Below are positions 45,458-56,166 of a stretch of 64,000 nt of DNA, one piece after another (positions within the stretch are counted from its first letter, which is position 1; each line of letters opens with the position of its first letter). Origin of the DNA: Escherichia phage T5; sequence record NC_005859.1; one strand, given 5' to 3'. The notes beneath the pieces were generated by a model, which made no database searches, was not told the DNA's origin, and saw only the letters and a program-made list of their open reading frames with translations. The position numbers and the translations under genes were made by a program.

Positions 45458-45973
45458 TTACTTCGCTTTACGCTTGCGAGCTGGTTTAGCAGATTTACGA
45501 GCAGAATCGCCCGTGAATTTAATCCCTACACCGTAGCACAGAGCACGAACGTTATCTTTGCTATACTCTACACCGAAGATATTTGGCTTAACAGAACCAA
45601 ACTGTCCACGAGCATCACGCAGTACATCTGCCGTTGGTTTACGCTTCTGGTTAACTGCTTTCTCATAATCTTTCATGGCCATGCCATTACGAGAGAACAA
45701 TTCAGCTCCAGCATTGAAACTCAGTGTTACTGGAACAGATTTGTGACCATAACCCTGTACATAGGTCACAAGGCGGGCTACAGAACGAGTAGCATTCTTA
45801 GCCTTCGGCTTTTGACGAATCGGAGCCGGACGATTCAGTGCCTGTGCAGCTTGAGCATCAGTAGGATGCTTGCGCAGGTGGCGTTCCAGACGAGCTTTGC
45901 GGTTAGCCTCAGTCTGCGGGAAAGTTTTAACTGTAGTAGCTGCTTGAGTTTTTGCGTTTTTCTGCTTAGCCAT
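45458..45973 (-). CDS. basic (nucleic-acid-binding-like) protein
   Basis: 171 aa, Lys/Arg-rich termini. Confidence 0.5.
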   Translation of the reverse strand: MAKQKNAKTQAATTVKTFPQTEANRKARLERHLRKHPTDAQAAQALNRPAPIRQKPKAKNATRSVARLVTYVQGYGHKSVPVTLSFNAGAELFSRNGMAMKDYEKAVNQKRKPTADVLRDARGQFGSVKPNIFGVEYSKDNVRALCYGVGIKFTGDSARKSAKPARKRKAK

Positions 45974-46011
45974 TATTTGTTTTCCTTTTTGTTTATCAAT
46001 TTATGAAGTAT

Positions 46012-46040
46012 ATTATACGAGAATTTGAAGCGTTTAGCAA
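46012..46040 (-). promoter_or_regulatory. T5-type early promoter
   Basis: minus-strand TTGCTA-N17-TATAAT. Confidence 0.65.
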
Positions 46041-46056
46041 ATGAATTTTTTAAAAA

Positions 46057-46335
46057 TTATCGGCCGACCATCTTAGCTTGTTCTTCATCAGAAACGTATT
46101 GATATGCACCCTTGTTATACGCCGGAGCAGTGCACATCTTCTTACGCTCAATTTCTTCTTGAGCTTTACGTTCACGTTCTGCCAATTCCTCATCCAGATA
46201 AACTAAACGTTGTTCTGGAGGAGGTGGAAGACGTGTTTCTGGCTCACCAATATTAGCCTTTCTTATTTGACGAGGTGATTGTGCACGTTTTCTCAACGGT
46301 TTAAATCCTAATGAATTTGAGTTATAAATTCGCAT
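46057..46335 (-). CDS. hypothetical protein
   Basis: 92-aa ORF. Confidence 0.45.
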   Translation of the reverse strand: MRIYNSNSLGFKPLRKRAQSPRQIRKANIGEPETRLPPPPEQRLVYLDEELAERERKAQEEIERKKMCTAPAYNKGAYQYVSDEEQAKMVGR

Positions 46336-46362
46336 AAAGCCCTCCTCACTTTCAATACGAAT

Positions 46363-46391
46363 ATTATACTAAATTAGAGGGCTTTAAGCAA
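46363..46391 (-). promoter_or_regulatory. T5-type early promoter
   Basis: minus-strand TTGCTT-N17-TATAAT. Confidence 0.65.
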
Positions 46392-46411
46392 GAAGATTTT
46401 TAATTTATTTA

Positions 46412-46900
46412 TCACATCTCGGCCATTTCAGCTTCAGTAATAACTGTGTTACACAATGCATCTACAGCTTCATTACCACTAATACCAGAATGTCCTTTAA
46501 CCTTAATAAAGGTAGGATTAGTATTGTGGAAGTTAATGTATTGCTGGGTTAATTTAAATGCTTCTTGCCAAAGTTCTAGATTAAGAGGAACTTCACCATC
46601 TGCTTTCTTCCAGCCTTTCCTTTGCCAAGAGAACATCCAGCTTTCCATACCATTTTTGCAATAAGCAGAATCAGTATAGATAACAATTGGTCTATTATCT
46701 TTTTTAACTGACCAACGTAGAGCTTCTACAATAGCTGTGAGTTCCATCTCATTATTTGTAGTTTTAGGACTATAACCAGATTTAGAGCCTAAACGATCGT
46801 CGTTATCATCATAGACAATAAAACCCCAAGCACCCGGGCCAGGGTTGGACTTACAAGCGCCATCTGTATAAACATGGAAAACTGACATTATTTGCTCCAA
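46412..46900 (-). CDS. rnhA: ribonuclease H (RNase HI)
   Basis: 162 aa; VYTDGACKSNPGPGAWG and C-terminal KGHSG..GNE..D motifs. Confidence 0.85.
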   Translation of the reverse strand: MEQIMSVFHVYTDGACKSNPGPGAWGFIVYDDNDDRLGSKSGYSPKTTNNEMELTAIVEALRWSVKKDNRPIVIYTDSAYCKNGMESWMFSWQRKGWKKADGEVPLNLELWQEAFKLTQQYINFHNTNPTFIKVKGHSGISGNEAVDALCNTVITEAEMAEM

Positions 46901-47021
46901 TTAATAGTTACCCAATAGCCTTCACGCTAATTATGATCAAGTAAAATATATTATATTTGAAATTATACCTAATAAGCAAGTACAATTTCAAATATAATAG
47001 CCCCCGAAAGGGCTATTTGAG

Positions 47022-47861
47022 TTAAGAAGACATCTTAGCTTTAAGAGCTGGGTGAGGATCGTACCCCTCTAAATGGAATGACCAAGCTGCCGTATTATTT
47101 TCTAGTAAGTCGTAAAGATCTACAAATTCTGGCATTACTAGAGTCGGTAGAGGGCGTGGCTTGCGTTTTACCTGTTCTTCTACCTGTTCCATGTGGTCAT
47201 TATAGATATGAGTATCACCGCCACTAAAGATAAGATAACGAGGTTTTAATCCTGTCAGTTTTGCTAATATATGCGTTAGCAAAGCATAGCTAGCAATATT
47301 GAAAGGTAAACCGAGGAAACAATCCACAGAGCGTTGTGTCCATTTAAGATCTAGGTATCCATCGTTACTTACATAGCACTGGAAGCCGTAGTGGCAAGGG
47401 GGTAATGCCATTTTATCAAGTTCAGCTACGTTCCATGCAGAAACTAGATGTCTGCGGCCATGAGGATTATTCTTGAGTCCTTCAATAAGTTCTAGAATCT
47501 GATCTCGCCCACCAAAGTTACGCCACTGTTTACCATATACTGGTCCTAGATTACCCTTATCATACCCCATACTTATAGCTTGGTCTTCATAATTTGGAGT
47601 CCAGATGGTCCACTGTCCTTCGTCACGACCAAATGTGAATACACGTAGATCATGAAGATTTGTGGAACCAGACAAGAACCATAAAAGTTCTCCTACTACT
47701 GATTTCCAGGCTAGGCGTTTAGTAGTTACAGCCGGGAACCCTTCACGTAGGTCAAACTTAGCATAGGAATCAAAAATTGAAACTGTGCCCGTTCCTGTAC
47801 GGTCATTACGGGGTTCACCTAGTAAAATTACATCTGTCAAAATTTTTAAGTATTGTTGCAT
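47022..47861 (-). CDS. thyA: thymidylate synthase
   Basis: 279 aa; active-site LPPCHYGFQCYV and DxGxPFN motifs. Confidence 0.9.
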   Translation of the reverse strand: MQQYLKILTDVILLGEPRNDRTGTGTVSIFDSYAKFDLREGFPAVTTKRLAWKSVVGELLWFLSGSTNLHDLRVFTFGRDEGQWTIWTPNYEDQAISMGYDKGNLGPVYGKQWRNFGGRDQILELIEGLKNNPHGRRHLVSAWNVAELDKMALPPCHYGFQCYVSNDGYLDLKWTQRSVDCFLGLPFNIASYALLTHILAKLTGLKPRYLIFSGGDTHIYNDHMEQVEEQVKRKPRPLPTLVMPEFVDLYDLLENNTAAWSFHLEGYDPHPALKAKMSS

Positions 47862-48394
47862 TAATAAGTAACCAATTCCTGTACAAATCGCAGGCTGTTA
47901 TCACTGTTTGCGCCAACTGCATAGACTAATCGAGTGGATTCATAGTTATAATCCAGTATCATACTATCTAGGTGTGTATCTGCCTCTAGTTTCTGCTCGC
48001 TAAAGATTGTAGATACAAAAGCACTTTCAATATGCCCATGTTGGTACATTTCTAGAAGAAGATTAGCTCCACCTAGAACTACTGTTTGCTGATCTTTTAG
48101 AAAAGTAGGTAATGTATCACCTATCATTGATATGGGAGTGTAAATATCGTGTGTAATATCATCTGGCAGTGGACGATCAGCACGAATAAATAGGTCAGAA
48201 GCCCCAATCATACGTTCCCTAACGGCATATGGAAGAGCTAAATAAGTACCTGCCCCAATAATAATATTATCAGGATTTAGTACATCTAATTGTGAATAAA
48301 AAGCATCTAGTTCTTCTTTAAAAGAACCCCAGGGAAGCTTACCTCGGAGGCCGAACTCCCCATTCGGCCCAACTGCATACATTGCTGTAATCAT
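47861..48394 (-). CDS. frd: dihydrofolate reductase
   Basis: 177 aa; LPW and VLGGANLL motifs; adjacent to thyA. Confidence 0.65.
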   Translation of the reverse strand: MITAMYAVGPNGEFGLRGKLPWGSFKEELDAFYSQLDVLNPDNIIIGAGTYLALPYAVRERMIGASDLFIRADRPLPDDITHDIYTPISMIGDTLPTFLKDQQTVVLGGANLLLEMYQHGHIESAFVSTIFSEQKLEADTHLDSMILDYNYESTRLVYAVGANSDNSLRFVQELVTY

Positions 48395-49536
48395 AGGAAA
48401 TCTCCAAATTCATTGCCCAGATCTTTCAGAGTATCAGTAGAGGTCTCAGTTACCTGACCTACACGGTAGGCTGCACCAATCTGGATTTCTTGTGGAGCAG
48501 GCTGTAGAGAAGTAGTATCCAACCAGTTCATGATCCACGGAATAGGGTTTTTAGTGATTACTGGTAAGTGACTAGGCCATTCTACACCAATGTGCATAAA
48601 TGCATTACGCCCCACAAAGTACAAGTATTCTTCTAGAAGTTCTGCATTCAAACCAATCAGACTACGACCTTTGAAGATGAAATGACCCCATTCAATTTCA
48701 GTTTTCAGAGTTTTCAGGAGCTGTGCTGGTGCTTTAGCCACTGCTTCGTCTACCAGATCTTTGTCAAACTGCTGGAACATAATCTGGATGATTGCTTTAG
48801 ACATCTGGGTGTGCAGAGCCTCATCTTTAGCAATTAATTGCAGATTTTTAGCAATACCTTGCAGAATATCGTTCTCTGCTAGAGCAAAAGTACATGCAAA
48901 GGATGCGTAGAACTGCATTGCTTCCAGACCGTAGATTGCAAAATAAGCGTCTAATAACTTAGCCTGAGTTTCACGTTTAACTTCAGGGAACTCAGTTTCT
49001 GGATATGTATTGTCACCACGATGATCACGTACTGCGATGAAATACTGACCTAATTGGTACAGTTCATCGAACAGTTCAACAGAATCTGCGATACGTGCAA
49101 ATGCTTCTTGGTTTTTAGTTACAGAATCAATAAATTCTGCTGGATCAGTCAGCACATTACGAATAATATTACTATAAGCACGACTATGCAGGTCTTCAAA
49201 ATAGCTCCACTGCTTGAGCATACCTTCCAATTCTGGACGGCTTACAAGCGGCATAATAGCTGCTTCAGGCGCGCGACTAATGAAAGAATCTGTTTGAGTC
49301 TGCCATGCTAAGTTCAGGAGTGTGATTTCCTGGATTTCACGTGGGAGATTGGGCCATTGTTTCTTATCTGCTTCCAGACTGATTTCAGTTTCAGTCCAAA
49401 ATTGAGAGCGAGCTAATAACGCCAGCCTTTCTAGCTCTGGATGGGCTACTCGTACATAATCTGCAATACCAAGAGAATCACCGAGAAATAGATCTTTATT
49501 GGTATGATCCCAGTTTAAGTTAAGTAAAGTTGTCAT
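48391..49536 (-). CDS. nrdB: ribonucleotide reductase class Ia small subunit
   Basis: 381 aa; di-iron ligand motifs and C-terminal interaction tail. Confidence 0.9.
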   Translation of the reverse strand: MTTLLNLNWDHTNKDLFLGDSLGIADYVRVAHPELERLALLARSQFWTETEISLEADKKQWPNLPREIQEITLLNLAWQTQTDSFISRAPEAAIMPLVSRPELEGMLKQWSYFEDLHSRAYSNIIRNVLTDPAEFIDSVTKNQEAFARIADSVELFDELYQLGQYFIAVRDHRGDNTYPETEFPEVKRETQAKLLDAYFAIYGLEAMQFYASFACTFALAENDILQGIAKNLQLIAKDEALHTQMSKAIIQIMFQQFDKDLVDEAVAKAPAQLLKTLKTEIEWGHFIFKGRSLIGLNAELLEEYLYFVGRNAFMHIGVEWPSHLPVITKNPIPWIMNWLDTTSLQPAPQEIQIGAAYRVGQVTETSTDTLKDLGNEFGDFL

Positions 49537-50060
49537 TAGTTCTCCTGTTTATCTGTGTTTCTAAGTAGTGTTGGGTCTTTGGTTATAGAGAGAATTAAAG
49601 AATCTCGATACTCTATCGCCTCTTCTAGAGTTGGGAGAGTTTTCACATATTCTTTTCCGTTAATGGATTTTCTAACTTGAAATCCAGACCCTTTCTTCCG
49701 AATATTCTTAGTACCCAATATATTGTTTTTACTGGTTTTTCTATTTTGACTATTTAACTGCCAGTCCGCTTCTCTTAGATTAGTCCACTTATAGTTTAGT
49801 GAATCTCCATCTATATGGTCAACCATAACTTTAGGTAAGTTTCCTGTCATGTACAGGAAAGCAATATTTTGTGCGGGATACTTCTTACCCTTGATTTGTA
49901 TTACTAAGTCTTTTCGGTTAGGATCTACTGAGTGGGGTTTTAAACAGCCAGCAGGTAGTCCTCTTACTTTATTGTGTACTTCCTGGTTATTTAACCAAGT
50001 AAATGTTCCTTCATCTGGATTATACTCCAGAATCCTTTTTAATTCATCTTGTGTTATCAA
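49536..50060 (-). CDS. HNH homing endonuclease
   Basis: 174 aa; VDHIDGDSLNYKWTNLREADWQLNSQN; inserted between nrdA and nrdB. Confidence 0.75.
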   Translation of the reverse strand: MITQDELKRILEYNPDEGTFTWLNNQEVHNKVRGLPAGCLKPHSVDPNRKDLVIQIKGKKYPAQNIAFLYMTGNLPKVMVDHIDGDSLNYKWTNLREADWQLNSQNRKTSKNNILGTKNIRKKGSGFQVRKSINGKEYVKTLPTLEEAIEYRDSLILSITKDPTLLRNTDKQEN

Positions 50061-50086
50061 AACTAATCTCCTTAACTAATGGAGAT

Positions 50087-50115
50087 ATTATAGCAAATCA
50101 GGTAGCGATTAGCAA
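50087..50115 (-). promoter_or_regulatory. T5-type early promoter (HNH/nrdB)
   Basis: minus-strand TTGCTA-N17-TATAAT. Confidence 0.65.
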
Positions 50116-50162
50116 GTAAAATTTCAAAGAAAAAGGAGACCCGAAGATCTCCTTGTTTTTTA

Positions 50163-52493
50163 TTATAACTGGCAACCACCAGAAGCACAACCCGCTGCTT
50201 CTTCACCAGCTCCTCCACCATTCGCAGTGTTGAAGTTTGCGTAGTACCAAGTCTTCCAACCATATTTAACAGCAGTCATGAAATCACGAACTACTACCGG
50301 GCCAGGAATGATTTCATTCTCAAACTTGGTGTAGTCATAGTACATATTAGTACTGATAGACTGGCTGAAGAATTTCTGCATAGTTGCTACCCATTTGATC
50401 CATTCAATACGATCTACATCATAAGCCAGTTTATAGCTCATTAACGTTTCCCAGTCGGTTGCACCTGGAGCAATTGCAATTACTTTATTCACTGCACTAC
50501 CCTTGATAGATACAATCTTACGGGGTGGTTCAATAGAGTTAGTAACCCCTAACAGAACGGAAGAACTTTCTCCCGGCATCTGCGCAGTCAGAACAGAATT
50601 ACGCATACCGTACTTCAGAATGTCTGCACGCAGAGATTCCCAATCCATTTCTAGACCTACGGATACCAACTCATCAACAGTTTTCTTATACGTGTCGATT
50701 ACCAGGATTCCTTTGGATGGTTTAGTACGATTAAACCATTCACATGCACCTTGCTCTTTGGCTAGACGTACAGAGGCTTTATGCAGGAAGTAGGACAATT
50801 TTTCAGCTTCACGATGAATCCAGTTACGAGCCTCAATACCTTCATAAGCCAGACCTTCTGCTGCCATTGCACCTGCTGCGTTCATAAGGCCAATACCAAC
50901 GTTACGACGTTTCTTAGCTGTATATTCCATGGTCGGGAACGGATAGTCCTGAATTTCAATAATTGTATCAACGAATTTCAGGAGGATGTAGCAAGTTTTT
51001 TCCCACTCAGCCAGAGATTCCATGCGTCCAAGTACAACACCACCTAAGTTACACAGAGATACTTCACCAATATCCTCCGGCTTCATTTGATCAAGTTGTT
51101 CTTTTGTTTTATACAGTTCCGTGATATGATGGAACGGGCGTGTAGGTTGAGTAATTTCAACACAAAGGTTTGTCATACGGATCGGATCAAGGAAGTTACC
51201 GTGACGATTAGATTCCCCGATGTGGTGAGCATACATACGTCCTGTTTCCATTCGGATACGTAGCCAAGTATCTAGGATTTCTTTTGCAGAGACTTTAGGA
51301 GCTGCTGGAACTGTTTTTCCTTCGTGGTCGATCTTTGTAAGAGATGCCACACGTTTCTCCGCTGCCACATAGATTTCTTCAAATTTAGCCTCGTCATCAC
51401 TATAAAACGCTTCATGAACTTCTGGAGCATAGAAGTATGACATTAGCGTAATATCTTCATTTTTCAGATAACGTTTTAACAAAAGATTGTTGAAGCTCAG
51501 GGAATAATCCATCTTATCGATTTTATTCTCATCTGTAGCACGTTGTTGCTTAACCTGCATCAATTGAATGATTTCAGGGTCAAAGTATGGATAAGATACT
51601 GTAGCAGAACCACCACGAGTTTGCTGAGTATTAGCCTTTACTGATCGGTCAATGTGTCGATAATATGGCAGTTTTCCGGAATGCGGGAATGCCCCATTTC
51701 GCACCGGATCAGCAATTGATCGGCTTTCAAGATGATACCCGATTCCCGCTCTGGCTGCGACCATTTTGAAAACGATGTGCTCGGCTGTGTCGATTGAATC
51801 CAATGTGTCAGTGGAATCCACGAGGCAGCAACTAGCAAATCCACGGTCACTAGAGCGCAAGCCAACCAATGGCGGCGTAGGAACGTTGATTTTGTGGAGC
51901 GACATTGCATTGTAGAGATCGATTGCATCTAGAATTGTCCAGTTGGGTTGAGATAACATCGCCATTGCCATACCCATATAGGCAAATTGCGGAGTTTCGT
52001 AAATTTCGCCAGTTGCGATATTACGACGGGAATACTTATCAAAGAATTGTTTCAATCCTCCGCTAGTGAAAAGACGGTCACGATCATGGTCAATAACCTG
52101 ATTCAAAGCCTCAAACTGCTCATCGGTAATCCATGCACTCATGTCTTCCCATGCACCTACACTAACCATATGATCGTGGAAGAAGCGTAGAGAAGGTGGT
52201 TCGAAGGAATCATAAAGACGTTTACGCATCTGCGCAAGACGTAATTCCTTTGCTGGCACGTCGTATGCTGGATTATCTTTAATAAGACTTTCAGCAGCCT
52301 TAATTAAAGCATCCATCAGAGTATCGGAATCTACAACCCCTTTAGGCAGAGTTTTTTGAGCAGCCATAGTAATGGCAGACCAACTTACATCAACTGTTTT
52401 ACAACCATACTCTGCCCAACCATTGAGTTTTTCAGGAGCAAAGTCTTCTACAGTACCGTCACGTTTAATTACTTTTTCAATGCGATGGCTCAT
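50163..52493 (-). CDS. nrdA: ribonucleotide reductase class Ia large subunit
   Basis: 777 aa from ATG 52493 (SD AAGGAAAA); ATP-cone N-terminus, catalytic core, C-terminal CxxC redox tail. Confidence 0.9.
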   Translation of the reverse strand: MSHRIEKVIKRDGTVEDFAPEKLNGWAEYGCKTVDVSWSAITMAAQKTLPKGVVDSDTLMDALIKAAESLIKDNPAYDVPAKELRLAQMRKRLYDSFEPPSLRFFHDHMVSVGAWEDMSAWITDEQFEALNQVIDHDRDRLFTSGGLKQFFDKYSRRNIATGEIYETPQFAYMGMAMAMLSQPNWTILDAIDLYNAMSLHKINVPTPPLVGLRSSDRGFASCCLVDSTDTLDSIDTAEHIVFKMVAARAGIGYHLESRSIADPVRNGAFPHSGKLPYYRHIDRSVKANTQQTRGGSATVSYPYFDPEIIQLMQVKQQRATDENKIDKMDYSLSFNNLLLKRYLKNEDITLMSYFYAPEVHEAFYSDDEAKFEEIYVAAEKRVASLTKIDHEGKTVPAAPKVSAKEILDTWLRIRMETGRMYAHHIGESNRHGNFLDPIRMTNLCVEITQPTRPFHHITELYKTKEQLDQMKPEDIGEVSLCNLGGVVLGRMESLAEWEKTCYILLKFVDTIIEIQDYPFPTMEYTAKKRRNVGIGLMNAAGAMAAEGLAYEGIEARNWIHREAEKLSYFLHKASVRLAKEQGACEWFNRTKPSKGILVIDTYKKTVDELVSVGLEMDWESLRADILKYGMRNSVLTAQMPGESSSVLLGVTNSIEPPRKIVSIKGSAVNKVIAIAPGATDWETLMSYKLAYDVDRIEWIKWVATMQKFFSQSISTNMYYDYTKFENEIIPGPVVVRDFMTAVKYGWKTWYYANFNTANGGGAGEEAAGCASGGCQL

Positions 52494-52531
52494 TTGGTTT
52501 TCCTTTTTATAGTTATCAAGATTTAGGAAAT

Positions 52532-52560
52532 AGTTTACTTTATTCTCAGTCATTTGGCAA
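52532..52560 (-). promoter_or_regulatory. candidate promoter for nrdA
   Basis: minus-strand TTGCCA-N17-TAAACT; weaker -10. Confidence 0.4.
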
Positions 52561-52837
52561 ATAAAATTTTCTGATAGAAAAGGCCCGAGTATTTTCATAC
52601 CCAGGCCTTCTGTGTTGTCAGTCTAGTTTTTGGCCACTTAAGTTCTCAGCAGAATATCTATTGAGGTACTTAGTTCATTATAATTGAAGGGCCGATTTGG
52701 ATTTGAGGGTTACAATTTTCCACGCTAGGGTAGTCTTAGGACTTTCTTCCCCTTCCTTACGTGTAATCATATTAGCAGCACTCAATGAGGTACGGTGAAT
52801 TTTAGTTTTTCGGTGTAGATGTACAACGTTTCCCATA

Positions 52838-53599
52838 TTACACCTTCCCCATGTCTTTAAAAATATCGTAGAATGCTTTAGACTCAGCAGAACGAACGTT
52901 ATCAATTAATTCGATCATTGAGAATGGAGCATTTTCATATTTCTCATAAACTTCCATAAGAAGTGCTAGACCTGAGTCACCTTTAATGTCTTTCTGAGCT
53001 ATATCTCCGCAGATAATTAAACGGCAGTCTTGTCCTACACGAGTTAGTAGACAAACCATTGCCTCAACGGAAATATTCTGAGCTTCATCGACAATTACAT
53101 AGGAGTTGTTGAAAGTTCTGCCACGAGCATGTTCTATAGCCAAAAATTTAATTTTCTGACGTTCGACATATCCCTTATAGGCATGATCACCGATGGCCCA
53201 TTTCATACCATCAGCTATTGGCTCCAACCAAGGCTCTAGCTTTTCTGCTAGATCACCAGGAAGCATACCAAGAGACTTACCTAGAGGTTCATTAGGACGT
53301 ACGAGAATCACTTGCTCAATATCTGAGTGAATGTCTACGAGTTCCTGAGCTGCAAGAACAGACGGGATAAAGGTTTTACCAGTACCCGGCTCACCAATAC
53401 CCACAGTCACTGTATTGTTCTTGATCATATTGATATATGATTTTTGCTCTCGGTTTTTACCTACTAGGGATTTAGCAACTGGATTAGCGTAATCATTAGA
53501 AAAATCAGCCTGAATTACGTTATTCTCATATTTGTTGCCACGCTTTCTTGAACCATTACGGTTCTCTCTTTTTTGACGTGCTTTTCCCATAAATAACAC
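52838..53599 (-). CDS. phoH: PhoH-like ATPase
   Basis: 253 aa; Walker A GEPGTGKTF, Walker B VIVDEAQN. Confidence 0.85.
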   Translation of the reverse strand: MLFMGKARQKRENRNGSRKRGNKYENNVIQADFSNDYANPVAKSLVGKNREQKSYINMIKNNTVTVGIGEPGTGKTFIPSVLAAQELVDIHSDIEQVILVRPNEPLGKSLGMLPGDLAEKLEPWLEPIADGMKWAIGDHAYKGYVERQKIKFLAIEHARGRTFNNSYVIVDEAQNISVEAMVCLLTRVGQDCRLIICGDIAQKDIKGDSGLALLMEVYEKYENAPFSMIELIDNVRSAESKAFYDIFKDMGKV

Positions 53600-53663
53600 T
53601 CCTATAGTGTACTTCGCTAACAGAGGATCAACAAAAAGATCTTGTTTATCAACTTACAAATAT

Positions 53664-53692
53664 ATTATACCAATATATACAGTAAAAAGCAA
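53664..53692 (-). promoter_or_regulatory. T5-type early promoter (phoH)
   Basis: minus-strand TTGCTT-N17-TATAAT. Confidence 0.7.
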
Positions 53693-53902
53693 CTACAATT
53701 TTAAATAAGCCTATGATATTGCATTTAAATAAAAAATTTGCTTGCTTTTAATGGGAAATGTGTGGTATTAGATAATCATTTTATACCGCGTACATAGGCG
53801 CAGGATTATACTATTTTAAGTACAAAATAGCAAATAAATTTTTTAACAATTTGCTAACCTTTTAGCACAGATCAAAATACAACATCTAAGAGAAAAATTA
53901 TA

Positions 53903-53931
53903 TTGACATCTGCCCTTGAATAAGCTATAAT
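53903..53931 (+). promoter_or_regulatory. consensus sigma70 promoter (nrdD)
   Basis: TTGACA (53903-53908), 17 bp spacer, TATAAT (53926-53931); A/T-rich upstream. Confidence 0.8.
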
Positions 53932-53960
53932 AGTAGTCTTAGTTAGAGAAGGAGGGTATA

Positions 53961-55685
53961 ATGAATCGCAATGATGAACTAAAATACAAGGAAATGCAGT
54001 CCTTGATTAGAAACTGCAAAGAAATTATTGAGGGTTCTGCTGATGAAGAGCTTCTCTTTAATAATGCGAATAAACCCTCTGAGCGTTTCCCTACACAAAG
54101 GGATATGCTTGCAGGGGAATTGAGTAAATATCTGATTCTAGAAGAAATGCCAGTTCAGATTCGAAATGCTCATATGATTGGAGATATTCATTTCCATGAT
54201 GCTGACTACGCTGCATTAGGCATGACTAACTGTTGCCTAGTAGCTCTAGAAGATATGTTGAAAAATGGTATGAAAGTTGGTAATGCTGAAATTAGTACAC
54301 CAAATTCTATTACTACTGCGGCGGCTATTACAGCTCAAATTATCACACAGGTTAGCTCCCATCAGTATGGTGGTACTTCTGTAGACCGATTAGATGAAGT
54401 ATTGGCCCCTTATGTTCGTAAGTCTTATGATAAGAATCATGCGTTTGCAAAACGTTGGACTAAGGATGAAGCCAAAGCATCAGTAATGGCTACGGAGATG
54501 ACTGAAAAAGAAGTCTATGATGCTTGTCAGGGTCTAGAGTATGAGATCAATACGATGTTCAACTCTAATGGTCAGAGTCCATTTATTACTTTTGGTTTTG
54601 GTCTAGGAACTTCTTGGGAAGCACGTCTAATACAGAAAGCAATACTGAAAGTACGTATGGATGGCTTAGGCATCAATAAACGTACAGCTATCTTTCCGAA
54701 ACTGGTGTTTGTTCTGCGTGATGGCGTAAATATGAAGCCTGGAGATGTTAATTATGACATCAAGAAGTTAGCTATGAAATGTACTGCTGAACGTATGTAT
54801 CCAGACTATATCAGCTATGATAAGGTTGTGGAAGTTACTGGTGACTATAAAGTTTCTATGGGCTGCCGTTCATTCTTAGCTGCTACAGAAGATGGTGAAA
54901 CTGCCGGTCGTAATAACTTGGGTGTTGTTTCTGTAAACTTGCCTAGAATTGCTATCGAAGCTGAAGGGAATATTGATCTATTCTTTGATTTGCTTGAGCT
55001 ACGTGTGGATACAGCGTTAAAAGCATTGGAGTGGAGAGTTGATCGCTTAAAATACATTCAAGCTAAAGCCGCACCCATCCTCTATATGTCAGGGGCCTTT
55101 GGATTACGCTTAGGGCCTGATGAATATGTATTCGATCAGAAGAAGGAAGAGACTAAGTTAGGTTATAGCCTGTATGCTACACCATCAGAGTCCCTATGTG
55201 ATCGCTTCTGTCGTCTAGACCGTGAATATTTTCCGGAGCATGAAGATATTCTGTCCAAAGGATACTACACTAACTCTCACCACCTTGATGTGGAACGTAA
55301 AGTTGCTCCTAACGTGAAATTTGATTACGAATCTAACTTTACTCCGATTGCTTCTGGTGGGTGTATCTCTTATGTAGAACTACCAGATATGAAACGATTC
55401 CCAGATGCACTGGAATGGGTTATTAATTATGCTGCTAGTAAGGTTCATTACTTCGGTATTAATACTCCAGTGGATTCCTGTGGTAAATGTGGATTCTTAG
55501 GTGAAACAGTAGCATCCGAAGATGGATTTAAGTGCCCTATCTGTGGTAATCATGACCCTGAAACTCTTGAAGTAACTCGTCGAGTTTGTGGGTATCTTGG
55601 AAATCCAGGTGCTCGTCCGTTTAACCCAGGAAAACAACATGAGGTTATGGGCAGGGTGAAACATCAGGATATTCGAGCTAAATAA
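53961..55685 (+). CDS. nrdD: anaerobic ribonucleotide reductase (class III, glycyl-radical)
   Basis: 574 aa; C-terminal CxxC...CxxC Zn ribbon and glycyl-radical motif RRVCGY; consensus promoter and GAAGGAGG SD. Confidence 0.85.
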   Translation: MNRNDELKYKEMQSLIRNCKEIIEGSADEELLFNNANKPSERFPTQRDMLAGELSKYLILEEMPVQIRNAHMIGDIHFHDADYAALGMTNCCLVALEDMLKNGMKVGNAEISTPNSITTAAAITAQIITQVSSHQYGGTSVDRLDEVLAPYVRKSYDKNHAFAKRWTKDEAKASVMATEMTEKEVYDACQGLEYEINTMFNSNGQSPFITFGFGLGTSWEARLIQKAILKVRMDGLGINKRTAIFPKLVFVLRDGVNMKPGDVNYDIKKLAMKCTAERMYPDYISYDKVVEVTGDYKVSMGCRSFLAATEDGETAGRNNLGVVSVNLPRIAIEAEGNIDLFFDLLELRVDTALKALEWRVDRLKYIQAKAAPILYMSGAFGLRLGPDEYVFDQKKEETKLGYSLYATPSESLCDRFCRLDREYFPEHEDILSKGYYTNSHHLDVERKVAPNVKFDYESNFTPIASGGCISYVELPDMKRFPDALEWVINYAASKVHYFGINTPVDSCGKCGFLGETVASEDGFKCPICGNHDPETLEVTRRVCGYLGNPGARPFNPGKQHEVMGRVKHQDIRAK

Positions 55686-55692
55686 GCTAATC

Positions 55693-55725
55693 AGCCAGGT
55701 TGCTAGTCGACCTGGCTTTTATTTT
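55693..55725 (+). terminator. intrinsic terminator after nrdD
   Basis: stem AGCCAGGT / ACCTGGCT followed by TTTTATTTTATTT. Confidence 0.8.
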
Positions 55726-55727
55726 AT

Positions 55728-55756
55728 TTGCTTTCAGCTAAAAATATATGTATAAT
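55728..55756 (+). promoter_or_regulatory. T5-type early promoter
   Basis: TTGCTT-N17-TATAAT directly after nrdD terminator. Confidence 0.75.
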
Positions 55757-55785
55757 AGATTTATAAATTTGAGGAGGTAGGAATT

Positions 55786-56166
55786 ATGACTTTAAAACCG
55801 TATATAGTGGAGTCTACGTGTGGTGGTTTCCACCTGGGTGTGGATGATATTGCTGAGGCTGTCTTTGCTGCCACAGGTGATTACTCTCATATAGAGGGTG
55901 CTGGATACCCCACCGTTATTGGTGATTGGGTGGAAACAAATCTAGATGTATCGCCTTATAACCCGTATTGCTTGTTTGATGAAGATAGAGATGAGGTAAA
56001 GTGTAATCTTGAATTTGTGTATAATAGAGTATTAAAAGTATACCAACGTAGTCCCGATGGGTACGAAGATATTACTTGTAGTATTAAACAGTATCTTAAA
56101 GATGTATACTCTAGTTTTTCTGACGAAGACCTAGAAACAGTTGCAGTGGAGTTTAATAATGACTAA
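55786..56166 (+). CDS. hypothetical acidic protein
   Basis: 126-aa ORF with GAGGAGG SD behind promoter at 55728. Confidence 0.5.
   Translation: MTLKPYIVESTCGGFHLGVDDIAEAVFAATGDYSHIEGAGYPTVIGDWVETNLDVSPYNPYCLFDEDRDEVKCNLEFVYNRVLKVYQRSPDGYEDITCSIKQYLKDVYSSFSDEDLETVAVEFNND

Noticed and set aside
47022-52493. Group I introns or inteins interrupting thyA, nrdB or nrdA
   Set aside because: All three reading frames are continuous and of normal length with motifs in order; the HNH gene at 49536-50060 is free-standing between nrdA and nrdB, not inside either.
53820-53860. Second plus-strand promoter (TTGCTA at ~53833) upstream of the nrdD promoter
   Set aside because: No acceptable -10 hexamer at 16-18 bp spacing; the consensus promoter at 53903-53931 explains nrdD transcription.
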